Part shown: in pieces, positions 28,205 to 37,553 of the stretch
Numbering within the stretch: the stretch's first letter is position 1
Layout: every line of letters starts with the position of its first letter
From: Bacteroidota bacterium
GTDB lineage: Bacteria > Bacteroidota > Bacteroidia > AKYH767-A > OLB10
Direction of reading: 5' to 3'
Length of the DNA: 57,438 bases
NCBI GenBank assembly: GCA_046073825.1
Contig: JBJTMY010000265.1
Location: forward strand, 1 to 57,438
The notes under the pieces: model-generated
Database searches by the model: none
What the model saw: the letters and a program-made list of their open reading frames with translations, nothing else
What the model was told of the DNA's origin: nothing
Translations under genes and position numbers: made by a program

Positions 28205-28545
28205 TTTTCAACATTTAATTTACACAAGGGTGTAAGGGGTGCAAAAGTAATAAATGTCGCTTAGCTACGAAAGAATTTCAGCAATAAATGCAGATTATAT
28301 TGACTTTATTATCCAAAGGCCCGTTTCAAGACACAGTTTCAAGATACTGTTTTTCAATCATATAATGTAATATGAGGTTAAATCCGAAATTGATTAAAAA
28401 TATCCTGAATTAGGGCCAATATTCACCTTTAAGACAATTTTCTTTCTTTTAATTCAACGAAACGCTCCTATTCCTACCATTAAAATTGTTTGTAATTGTC
28501 CTATTTTAAATAGATGTTTGCAACAAATCCCAATTATTCCTTCCC

Positions 28546-29586
28546 ATGCGTAATTTAATAGCCCTTCTGTTTATTGCCTGTTTCCAAATTGCTCATGCAC
28601 AAGATGTAAAATCGAAGGACGGAATTTCGCTGGGGAAAAGAAGTGATTTTATTATGGCCTGTGTGAAGGGCGCGAATAAAAAGTTAATGAACTTAAACGG
28701 GCTTGAAATTGAAACCGAGAAATATTGTTCCTGCGTTTGTGACAATTTAATTCCGCAAATTAATAGTTGGGAAATGGAAGAAGCGGCCAAGAAAAATAAA
28801 ATGACGGATCTTTTTCTTAAGGATGATAATTTAAAAATCCTAATGGATTGCCTTGAGGGGAATTATACAATTTCAGACGATTATAAATTTGGGAAAGGAG
28901 AAAATTCGGATTTGCAGATTAAGGTAGGAATTAAAAATTGCGTATCCGAATTAATGAATGATTCTGCAGCCAAAGAAATTTGGACAGAAGAAATGGCTAA
29001 TGAATATTGCAGTTGCGCTGTAGAAAAATTATTTAAATCTGGCTATACCTACAAAGACCTTCAAGAAATTGAAAACGAAAATAGCCCAATCTATAACGAA
29101 ATCGCGTTGCCATGTATTTCTGCCGTTTTTAATAAAAGTACAGAGTCCGCATTTTCTGTTAAGAACACTTATGCCGCTTCTGATATTTCGGGTGGTGGCA
29201 AAATGTGCAATGTTCCGTTAACAGATTACTTAGGCAAAGGGTTTAAAGTTAAAATAACGTTAGACGGTATTACTCGTTACTTTTTATTTGATACCGGTGC
29301 AACAGATTTAATTATTGATAGCGACACTGAAAGAGAATTATTGTTGAATGGTTCTATTAAGCGAGAAGACTACCTAGGAGAAAAGGAATACACAATGGCT
29401 AACGGACAAACTGCAAAAGCAAGATTAGTAAACGTTAATCGTTTGGTAATTGGCGACTATAGCGTAAACAATGTGGTCATAGGAGTTATTAAAGAGGGTT
29501 CCTTACTTTGCGGGAAAAGCTTTTTAGATAAGTTTAGAAAGTGGGAATTGAATAAAGATGCAATGAAGTTAATTCTTTATAAATAG
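28546..29586 (+). CDS. Secreted retropepsin-like (clan AA) aspartic protease with a duplicated Cys-rich N-terminal domain
   Basis: Signal peptide; FLFDTGA catalytic motif; YTMANG flap; SLLCGKSFL; YCSC occurs twice. Confidence 0.85.
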   Translation: MRNLIALLFIACFQIAHAQDVKSKDGISLGKRSDFIMACVKGANKKLMNLNGLEIETEKYCSCVCDNLIPQINSWEMEEAAKKNKMTDLFLKDDNLKILMDCLEGNYTISDDYKFGKGENSDLQIKVGIKNCVSELMNDSAAKEIWTEEMANEYCSCAVEKLFKSGYTYKDLQEIENENSPIYNEIALPCISAVFNKSTESAFSVKNTYAASDISGGGKMCNVPLTDYLGKGFKVKITLDGITRYFLFDTGATDLIIDSDTERELLLNGSIKREDYLGEKEYTMANGQTAKARLVNVNRLVIGDYSVNNVVIGVIKEGSLLCGKSFLDKFRKWELNKDAMKLILYK

Positions 29587-29604
29587 TCCTTTCAAAACAA
29601 ACTA

Positions 29605-30321
29605 TCAATTTCCCAGTTTAACTTCATACTCATCCAATAATTCCTGGCCTTTAAAGCGGAGCAGAATCTGCATAACTGTAATTACATCTTTTCGGCAATA
29701 AGTTACAATTCGCTCGAGGTTGTTTTCGTTCCAATACACGTTCCCTACCTGGCTTCCATCAATGTCGTCTTTCGGACTTGGAATGCCTAATACGTTCGCT
29801 AATAAATTAAGGGGTGTATAGCTTTTGTAATCACCGAACTTCCATAGTTCCATCGTATCTAAGTGTGGCACTTCCCACGGTTTCTTTTGGCTGTTATTTA
29901 ATTGAGGAGGAAGCTCAATACCATTGATTATCATTCTACGGGATATATAAGGAAAATCGAACTCTTTCCCGTTATGTCCACATAGCAACATACTTGGTTT
30001 TACCTTTCTTAATAGTTGTGCAAAGTCGTCCAGTAACTCTTTTTCATCATGTCCATAAAATGATTTCATACGAAACTCTCTGCCATCACTTGTATGATTT
30101 AAAAATCCTGTAGATATACAAATAATTTTTCCGAATTCTGCATATATACCTGCGCGATCGTAAATACTGATATAATCTTCCGTATCCTCTTTTTTTAAAT
30201 TATCTGCCTTTCGCTTCCATAAAGGACGAATATCGTCGGGCACATCATCAAATGATTTATACTGAGGAACAGTTTCGATATCGAGACATAAAATATTGTC
30301 TAATGAAATTGATTGAAGCAT
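29605..30321 (-). CDS. PolB-like 3'-5' exonuclease (DEDDy)
   Basis: LDIETV, HNGKEFDFPYI, YCRKD; start set at ATG 30321 because TATTTTTG lies at 30341-30334. Confidence 0.9.
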   Translation of the reverse strand: MLQSISLDNILCLDIETVPQYKSFDDVPDDIRPLWKRKADNLKKEDTEDYISIYDRAGIYAEFGKIICISTGFLNHTSDGREFRMKSFYGHDEKELLDDFAQLLRKVKPSMLLCGHNGKEFDFPYISRRMIINGIELPPQLNNSQKKPWEVPHLDTMELWKFGDYKSYTPLNLLANVLGIPSPKDDIDGSQVGNVYWNENNLERIVTYCRKDVITVMQILLRFKGQELLDEYEVKLGN

Positions 30322-30550
30322 ACTATTTTTTTTCAAAAATAAGCATCCTCCTTTACTATTAGCAAGGATTAATTACTTACAAACGTTTAATTAGGGTGGG
30401 GTTCGAAAGTAAACTTGAAAAGAAGTTGATTAGGTGCTTGGGAGATAAAATAAGCGTTTGTAAACGGCATTGTGGAATGCCCCCCCGGGGATAAAAATAA
30501 ATACAAAAAGCAAGAGTTATTCTATAACAAATAGTTACAAACGTTTAACT

Positions 30551-30949
30551 TCATCGTATCACCACCCCACTTCGATCGATAAAAGGAATACGTACAAAAT
30601 TATCTTCGGTAATGGATTCAGGAAGGAAGATAAATTTCTTATCATATATTTCTCTTCCAATATAAAAACTTACCCAATACTCATTATTCAACCCGAATAC
30701 TTCTTTTTGAATTGGTTCAATCATTCTTATATCCAACGGCTGAAATGATCCTAAATAATGGCGCAACACCGATGTCTTAACTTCTTCCCCTTTATATTGT
30801 CCATAACCCTTACTTGCTACAATCACATTCTCCAAGGCTACTTCTTTTAGGTTAATCATATAGACCTCCCAAATTTTTTCATCTTCTAATCCTGGCACTA
30901 CTGCAATGGCAATATCTTCTACCTCTTCTCTAAATATATCTTTTAACAT
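30551..30949 (-). CDS. Conserved hypothetical protein
   Basis: Clean ORF starting 1 nt after the upstream stop; WEVYMIN, SKGYG, KTSVLRH, LNNEYWVSFY, DKKFIF. Confidence 0.8.
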   Translation of the reverse strand: MLKDIFREEVEDIAIAVVPGLEDEKIWEVYMINLKEVALENVIVASKGYGQYKGEEVKTSVLRHYLGSFQPLDIRMIEPIQKEVFGLNNEYWVSFYIGREIYDKKFIFLPESITEDNFVRIPFIDRSGVVIR

Positions 30950-30950
30950 G

Positions 30951-32096
30951 TTATTTTCCGTTTGTCCATTTTAAAACTTCGTCTACATACACTGGCAAAT
31001 CAGTGAGTGTGCCGTCTGCATTTTTTTCACCTCGTTTATGTCCTAAACGAACAAAAACAATGTTTTCGTCTGGAATAACACAAATATATTGTCCAAGTAT
31101 TCCTCGACAATAAAATACTTTTTTACCCGAATAATTTCCGATCCACCATTGATAACCATAAATTGCATTAGGCTTTCCATTGTTATCTAACGGATAGGGA
31201 GTAACGCTTTCAGTCACATAAGAGGAATCAACGATTTGTAAACCTTTCCAATTTCCTTCATGCAAATACAAATCACCAATGCGTGCAAAATCTCTAGCGT
31301 TAGAATAAAAACAGCAATAGGCTTTTTCCATTCCATCTTTTTTATCTAAACTCCATTGTGCATTATGAACTGCATTTAAAGGATTCCAAAGTTTTTCAGA
31401 AGCATAATCAGAAATGTTTTGTCCCGTCGCTTTTTCTATCACCATTGCCAGTAGCTGAGAAACTCCACTTTGGTAATTAAATTTCTTTCCAGGCTCTTCA
31501 ACCACATCTTGCTTTAATATTAATCCTTTCAAATCATCCCCATAATAGGCTTCCGTAGTTGGACCTAAGGGATTTATATAGGACTCTTCCCAACTCAATG
31601 CCGCCGACATCGTTAATAAATGTCGGATAGTTAATTTATTTCGATTACCTACCTTAAACTCTGGAATGAATTCGCCAACCTTTTGATCCAAACTTTTAAT
31701 TTTTCCTTCCTTTAATGCAACGCCTGTTAATACACTTATAAAACTCTTCGCCATTGAAAACGAATTTGTCAAAGAGGAATCATTATAGCCATCCCAATAA
31801 TATTCATTAAGTACCGAATCATTTTTTAGCACAAGGAACGCTATGGATTCATAATCCTTCAAAGTATTCATCAACTTTTCAGGCATTGGAGTTTTATTAT
31901 AATTTACTGATGTAGGCCACTCCAATGGCTTATTTGATTTAATCGTTCTTGTATCAAATAAATGTAAATCATCGATACCAACAAAATTGTAAACAAGTGT
32001 TTTAAACAAATATGTTTTCCCACTTACAAAAATAAATAGGCAAAGCAATAAGGCTATCAATGCCAACGCTTTTAAAATAAACTTCATTGCTTTCAT
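30951..32096 (-). CDS. Serine hydrolase, beta-lactamase/class C-like family
   Basis: SFSMAKS (SxxK), HLLTMS, FNYQS, ARDFARIG, YGYQWW. Confidence 0.9.
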   Translation of the reverse strand: MKAMKFILKALALIALLLCLFIFVSGKTYLFKTLVYNFVGIDDLHLFDTRTIKSNKPLEWPTSVNYNKTPMPEKLMNTLKDYESIAFLVLKNDSVLNEYYWDGYNDSSLTNSFSMAKSFISVLTGVALKEGKIKSLDQKVGEFIPEFKVGNRNKLTIRHLLTMSAALSWEESYINPLGPTTEAYYGDDLKGLILKQDVVEEPGKKFNYQSGVSQLLAMVIEKATGQNISDYASEKLWNPLNAVHNAQWSLDKKDGMEKAYCCFYSNARDFARIGDLYLHEGNWKGLQIVDSSYVTESVTPYPLDNNGKPNAIYGYQWWIGNYSGKKVFYCRGILGQYICVIPDENIVFVRLGHKRGEKNADGTLTDLPVYVDEVLKWTNGK

Positions 32097-32848
32097 ATTA
32101 TTGAAGAGTTTTCATTTTCATTCCAAGGTAATGTTTCATTCGATGGCGTGAGTATGCTGAATTGAAATAAATCTTGCATGTGTAAAAGTACTTTTGATTT
32201 CACTTCTTCTAAATTGATTTCACGACCCAACTCTTTTTGTAAAGAGGTAACACCTTTATCTGTAATTCCACAAGGCACTATCATGTTGAAATAACTTAAA
32301 TCACTATTCACATTAAAGGCAAATCCATGCATGGTTACCCATCTACTACAGCGAACACCAAATGCACAAATTTTACGTGCATGAATAGGTTCTTCAATAT
32401 CTAACCATACACCTGTTAATCCTGGTATCCTTCCTGCCTGCAGACCATAATCTGCACAGGTTAAAATTATGGCTTCTTCCAAAAATCGCAAGTATTTATG
32501 GATGTCGTTAAAGAAAAAATCTAAATCAAAAATAGGATAACCGACTAATTGTCCTGGCCCATGATAGGTTATATCTCCTCCACGATTAATCTTATAAAAT
32601 GTTGCTTGCTTCGCTTTCAGAATATTTTCATCCGCTAACAAATGATTAGCTACTCCACTTTTGCCTAATGTAAATACATGAGGGTGCTCGCAAAAAAGCA
32701 AATAATGTTTAGAAGATGTTCCTGTGTTTTTTTCCTGATTACGATGGAGCATTTTATCATTGACAATTCCAGTCAACAATCGTTCTTGCAAATCCCAGCA
32801 TTCTTTATAATCTACACTCCCCAAATCATGAAAATATACTTGCTGCAT
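32093..32848 (-). CDS. lipB: Lipoyl(octanoyl) transferase
   Basis: CEHPHVFTLG, RGGDITYHGPGQLVGYP, HGFAFN, IVPCGI; ATG 32848 avoids overlap with ispG. Confidence 0.96.
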   Translation of the reverse strand: MQQVYFHDLGSVDYKECWDLQERLLTGIVNDKMLHRNQEKNTGTSSKHYLLFCEHPHVFTLGKSGVANHLLADENILKAKQATFYKINRGGDITYHGPGQLVGYPIFDLDFFFNDIHKYLRFLEEAIILTCADYGLQAGRIPGLTGVWLDIEEPIHARKICAFGVRCSRWVTMHGFAFNVNSDLSYFNMIVPCGITDKGVTSLQKELGREINLEEVKSKVLLHMQDLFQFSILTPSNETLPWNENENSSII

Positions 32849-32874
32849 TTCTTTCGGTATTACTAACTTTTGAA

Positions 32875-34863
32875 TTATTCGACAACGGGCTCGACCCAAT
32901 CGCCATGTTCTTTTATTAAATTGATTAGCGCATCCACCGCACCTTCCGATTGAATGTTCTTTGTAATTACTTCACGTCCTTTGTAAAGCGTTATTTTTCC
33001 AACACCTGAGCCAACATATCCATAATCAGCATCTGCCATTTCTCCTGGACCATTTACAATGCACCCCATGATGCCAATTTTAATTCCTTTAAGATGACTT
33101 GTGCGAGAGCGGATTTTCGCAGTTGTCTCTTGTAAGTCGAACAAAGTTCTTCCACAACTTGGACAACTTATGTATTCCGTTTTAGAAATTCTTGTTCTAG
33201 CTGCCTGTAAAATACCAAAAGAAAGATTATTAATCATTTGCGGGGATGCAGTACCGTTAGCACAAAGAAATAATCCATCTCCCATTCCATCTAATAAAAG
33301 TCCACCTGCATCGGCTGCTGCATACAGCTGATAGTTTTCATTATTTGTTGTATAATCTCGCTCTATTATTACTGGCAACTTAATTTGCTTATCAAATAAA
33401 GCTACAAATGCTCGTCTTAATGCAGGCATTGCATGACTATTATTCGAATAAAGCATCAGAACAGTTTTCGCAGGAATATTCGCAAAATCTAATGTTTGTA
33501 CTTGTGTTGCATCACATCGAACAAAGTTCAGCGAATCATGCCATTCATTGTCTTCTAAATTTGAATCTGCATTCATAAGTGGAAATGAATTTTGTTTATT
33601 AGCCAATCCTTTCCAGGTAGCATAATTATAAATCACTCCCAATGTTCCTGGTATATCAAAATCTAACAATTTATCTCCGGCATAAATATAATCACAGGCC
33701 AAGTCGGTAATGTTCCATTTATCAAGTGAAACCTGATAATTATAACCAACTCCAAATAACGAGGCTGCAGTAATTTTTTCATGCACAGAATAATCCGCAA
33801 TTACAATTGGCACTTTTTCACCACCTATATTTTTTACTCCTGTACTTTCTCTACGGGTGTACTGAAACGGAGAATAAGGAATTCCCGCAATTTTCGGTAA
33901 TTCATTCCTGTTAGTTAAATCCATTGTAATTTTATTATTCAATGGAATTATTGTCTCGTGCGAATTACGATGTATGTATCTATTTACGAGTGCTTTCGCA
34001 ACAGGTATTTCAAATTCTGGATCTTCTGTTAACGATACACGAATCGTATCTCCTATTCCATCTTCAAGCAAAGTACCTATTCCCTCTGCAGATTTAATTC
34101 GGCCATCTTCTCCTTCTCCTGCTTCCGTAACTCCTAAGTGTAGAGGATAATTCATTCCCTCGGCATTCATACGTGCAATTAACAAGCGATAGGCTTGAAC
34201 CATCACCTGAGGGTTGCTAGATTTCATGCTTAATACAATCTGATGAAAATTCTCTGCTTCACAAATTCTTAAAAACTCGAGTGCTGATTCTACCATTCCG
34301 TGAGCGGTATCACCGTACCTACTCATAATGCGATCGCTTAACGAACCATGATTCGTACCAATGCGCATTGCAGTTCCATACTCCTTACAAATTTTAACTA
34401 GAGGAATAAATCGTTCACGAATTCTTTCTAACTCTGCGTTATATTCCAGATCAGAATATTCAATTTCTTCAAATTTCTTTTTGTCGGCAAAATTACCTGG
34501 ATTAATGCGTACTTTCTCTACAATTCTTGCAGCAACTTCTGCAGCATTAGGTGTAAAATGAATATCTGCAACTAACGGTGTTGAATATCCCCTTTTACGT
34601 AATTCAGCTTTTATATTCTCTAAATTCTTTGCTTCATTAATACTTGGAGCTGTGATTCGAACCAATTCGCATCCGGCTTCAATCATTCGGATTGACTGCT
34701 CAACTGTACCAATCGTGTCCATGGTATCAGTAGTAGTCATACTTTGCACGCGAATAGGATGATTATTTCCAAGTAGCAAATCACCAATTTTTACCTCACG
34801 TGTTAGCAGACGTTGGTACTGCGTTAAACTATTACAATAAAGTCCTTCGAGGGTGTTTTTCAT
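32875..34863 (-). CDS. ispG: (E)-4-hydroxy-3-methylbut-2-enyl-diphosphate synthase, long form
   Basis: RVQSMT, VADIHF, RINPGN, RIGTNHGSL, HLGVTEAG, SCPSCGR, MGCIVNGPGE. Confidence 0.97.
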   Translation of the reverse strand: MKNTLEGLYCNSLTQYQRLLTREVKIGDLLLGNNHPIRVQSMTTTDTMDTIGTVEQSIRMIEAGCELVRITAPSINEAKNLENIKAELRKRGYSTPLVADIHFTPNAAEVAARIVEKVRINPGNFADKKKFEEIEYSDLEYNAELERIRERFIPLVKICKEYGTAMRIGTNHGSLSDRIMSRYGDTAHGMVESALEFLRICEAENFHQIVLSMKSSNPQVMVQAYRLLIARMNAEGMNYPLHLGVTEAGEGEDGRIKSAEGIGTLLEDGIGDTIRVSLTEDPEFEIPVAKALVNRYIHRNSHETIIPLNNKITMDLTNRNELPKIAGIPYSPFQYTRRESTGVKNIGGEKVPIVIADYSVHEKITAASLFGVGYNYQVSLDKWNITDLACDYIYAGDKLLDFDIPGTLGVIYNYATWKGLANKQNSFPLMNADSNLEDNEWHDSLNFVRCDATQVQTLDFANIPAKTVLMLYSNNSHAMPALRRAFVALFDKQIKLPVIIERDYTTNNENYQLYAAADAGGLLLDGMGDGLFLCANGTASPQMINNLSFGILQAARTRISKTEYISCPSCGRTLFDLQETTAKIRSRTSHLKGIKIGIMGCIVNGPGEMADADYGYVGSGVGKITLYKGREVITKNIQSEGAVDALINLIKEHGDWVEPVVE

Positions 34864-34934
34864 GTACGACAAAGATAAGAGAGAAGAATAAATAACTAAA
34901 CAAATAAGACTTATTTATGGTTTTGATGATCAAA

Positions 34935-34958
34935 TAAAAAGTCCACCGAAGTGGACTT
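34935..34958 (-). terminator. Intrinsic terminator with C(UUCG)G loop
   Basis: Minus strand AAGTCCAC-TTCG-GTGGACTT followed by a T run, after the stop at 34964. Confidence 0.85.
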
Positions 34959-34963
34959 ATCTT

Positions 34964-35386
34964 TTATTGTTGTTTCATTTCCTTTTGCGTAACGAAATAA
35001 TCATTCAGAGGATCAAGTACAAAATCAATCCAGCCATTACCGCTTCGATCTGCAATATCTTGCGATGGAAAATCAGAATGAATAAGGACAACATCTGTTC
35101 CTGCTGAATGTGGTTTCAATTTTATATTTACCTGTGAATCTTTCGTTCGTTTATCCCATTCTATCGGTTTCCAGCTAAATCCTAATTCTTGTCCTGGTGA
35201 ATAAACAGTTATTTCGCCTTGTACATCTCCATCAAACCATTCGAAATGGCCCCCTATTCGGTTCTCAACGATTCCGATACCACCTCCCCAAGCGCCAATA
35301 ATTCCTGAATCTGTTAAGGCTTCGAATACCTCTTGCGGTGTTGCATATACCACATAAGTAGTTTTAAAAGTGAAATTATCTGCCAT
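34964..35386 (-). CDS. SRPBCC/AHSA1-like protein
   Basis: ATPQEVFEALTD, GGHFEW, FSW, GTDVVLIH, GW. Confidence 0.85.
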   Translation of the reverse strand: MADNFTFKTTYVVYATPQEVFEALTDSGIIGAWGGGIGIVENRIGGHFEWFDGDVQGEITVYSPGQELGFSWKPIEWDKRTKDSQVNIKLKPHSAGTDVVLIHSDFPSQDIADRSGNGWIDFVLDPLNDYFVTQKEMKQQ

Positions 35387-35396
35387 ACAATTTTCG

Positions 35397-37484
35397 TTAT
35401 TTAATAAATGAAATTTGGTTAGTATATTCCTGGTTATCGAAACGACATTTCAATAAATAAATGCCATTCAAATTTTGTCCAGCAATAATTAGTTGATGTT
35501 CTCCTGCGAATAAATTTTGGTCAACGACCGTATTAATTAAACGTCCGGTAACGTCTAGCAATTCAATTTTTACATGTTGATTTTGTGGTAAATCAAATTT
35601 AACATTTGCAGATTCACGAGCTGGATTTGGGAACACTGCAAAGGAATAATTGCTTTCCAATTCATCATTAATTCCTGTATAATTACCCGAAATATTGATA
35701 TCATCTAAGTAGATGTTATTTCCTAAATAATTTACATATTCAAAGCGAGCTCTTACGCTAGGCTTATTGGTAAATGTACTGGAAGAAAGACTAATAGTTT
35801 CTGTTCTCCATTGTGAAGCATTTGGAACAAATGGACTTATTTGCGCTGTCGCAGTGGCGAGTGTTGAACCTTTTTTCATGTAACGCTGTGTCCACGAATT
35901 ACCACAGTTCGTACTAAAATAAACATGTAATTCAGAAGAGTCGGACAAACTACGTGAAGCAAAAGCTACTTTAAAACTACATTGAACGGCGTTATAATTT
36001 GTAAAATCGTACACAGGTGATAATAACTGATCAACGCTGCCTGTTGCATTGCCAGATAAATTATCTACGCGTACAGATTTAGTTCCTGACGCTGCAGCAA
36101 GAGCATTAATTGTCCAAGTGTTATTGTTATTTTCATTGATAATTTCCCAATCGCTGCCCGAAAAATTTAATGTTTCAAATCCTTCTGAAAAAGGAATTAA
36201 ATTATTTCCGGGATTCGGTAATACGTGAACGTGAGCCGTACGAGTGATAGAATCTGTACCTAAACCATTTGTCACTACTAACTTCACATCATATACTCCA
36301 GGAACATTATAGATAACTGATGGAGCCGAAACAGTATCGATTGCTGGAACACCTCCATTAAAATACCAAGTTCGTGATGTAATGTCGCCATTCCATGATT
36401 TATCATTAAATGTAACCGAACTTCCAGCACAGATGTAAATTTTCTGAATGGCAAAATCTGCTCTTGGAGCACATGAAGCAAGAACATGTCCGTTTTCTGT
36501 ACCTGTTGCAATTAGGTTAGCATTTGATACAAGATTATCTCTACCACCAGGAGAAGATTGCAACGCTACATGCATCGCATCTTTTTGTCCTTCTGTAAAC
36601 ATTTTATGACAACTTGCATAGTCCATATAATTTTGAACATTATCAATTTGTCCGCATGTATTTTGAGCGGTATTGCAAGTGAAATTTCCTACCCCAATTG
36701 TATTGGGTGTATCTCCAATTCCATCATCAATGCCACAATTGCTAGCCAGACCAGGTGTATTACTTGAACCCCAAGTATGAGGTAAATTCAACCAATGTCC
36801 TACTTCATGCGACAATGAACGCTCTGTATAATTTGAATTGTTTGCCGTACCAAAACTTCCTGTGTAATCATGACGCATCACAATTCCATCGATATTCGAA
36901 CTGATGCCAGGATAATAAGCATATCCTGCCGCACCGCTTGCGATGTTTTTTACAACCCAAATATTTAAATATTTATCACAAGGCCAATCAATAAGGGCTT
37001 TCACGTTATCGCCTGCAATGCTTGTCAATTCTGTATAGGTACGAGTAATTCCGTCTGTACAATTTCCATCTGGATCGATGTTCGCTAATTCAAATCCGAT
37101 TTCGCAATTGGCAAAGATGGGTTGAAATAAAGGAATTACATCACCTGTATCAGGGTTCAATTTCTGATAGGCTAAATTCAAGCTATTTACAGCATCTTGT
37201 ATTTGCGCTTTACTTATATTTTCAGGTCCATAGGTATGCATTACGTGAAACACAACAGGAATTTTGTACTGAATAACCCCCGTAGGAGTAATGATTTTTG
37301 TTCCAGGCAGTTTTCGTGCACCTGATAATGGAATTGTAGATCTACGAATTGCTGCATCTGGATCTGCCTTTATCGCTTCTTTCCACATTTCTTCGGTAGC
37401 ACATGACCGATAGACTGGTGACTGAGCGAAAGTATGAGAAACAGCAACTACAAATAAAATAATGGATAGGTATATCTTTTTCAT
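35397..37484 (-). CDS. M43 (pappalysin/ulilysin-type) zinc metalloprotease with PKD, jelly-roll module and T9SS CTD
   Basis: IPVVFHV, YLNIWVV, HEVGHWLNLPH, NYMDY Met-turn, FTEGQ, VFPNPA CTD. Confidence 0.93.
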   Translation of the reverse strand: MKKIYLSIILFVVAVSHTFAQSPVYRSCATEEMWKEAIKADPDAAIRRSTIPLSGARKLPGTKIITPTGVIQYKIPVVFHVMHTYGPENISKAQIQDAVNSLNLAYQKLNPDTGDVIPLFQPIFANCEIGFELANIDPDGNCTDGITRTYTELTSIAGDNVKALIDWPCDKYLNIWVVKNIASGAAGYAYYPGISSNIDGIVMRHDYTGSFGTANNSNYTERSLSHEVGHWLNLPHTWGSSNTPGLASNCGIDDGIGDTPNTIGVGNFTCNTAQNTCGQIDNVQNYMDYASCHKMFTEGQKDAMHVALQSSPGGRDNLVSNANLIATGTENGHVLASCAPRADFAIQKIYICAGSSVTFNDKSWNGDITSRTWYFNGGVPAIDTVSAPSVIYNVPGVYDVKLVVTNGLGTDSITRTAHVHVLPNPGNNLIPFSEGFETLNFSGSDWEIINENNNNTWTINALAAASGTKSVRVDNLSGNATGSVDQLLSPVYDFTNYNAVQCSFKVAFASRSLSDSSELHVYFSTNCGNSWTQRYMKKGSTLATATAQISPFVPNASQWRTETISLSSSTFTNKPSVRARFEYVNYLGNNIYLDDINISGNYTGINDELESNYSFAVFPNPARESANVKFDLPQNQHVKIELLDVTGRLINTVVDQNLFAGEHQLIIAGQNLNGIYLLKCRFDNQEYTNQISFIK

Positions 37485-37553
37485 TGATGGGGTACTTATA
37501 TAAATCCCCCGCAGTATGAAACCACGAGGGATTTTTTGCTTATACTTTTTAAA

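Noticed and set aside
30377-30548. Possible mini CRISPR array
   Set aside because: The repeats are only 13-14 bp, one is inverted, the spacing is too long, and there are no cas genes.
32875-34863. Unusually long IspG as a possible fusion
   Set aside because: The long form with a central insert domain is known in Bacteroidota, Chlamydiae and plants.
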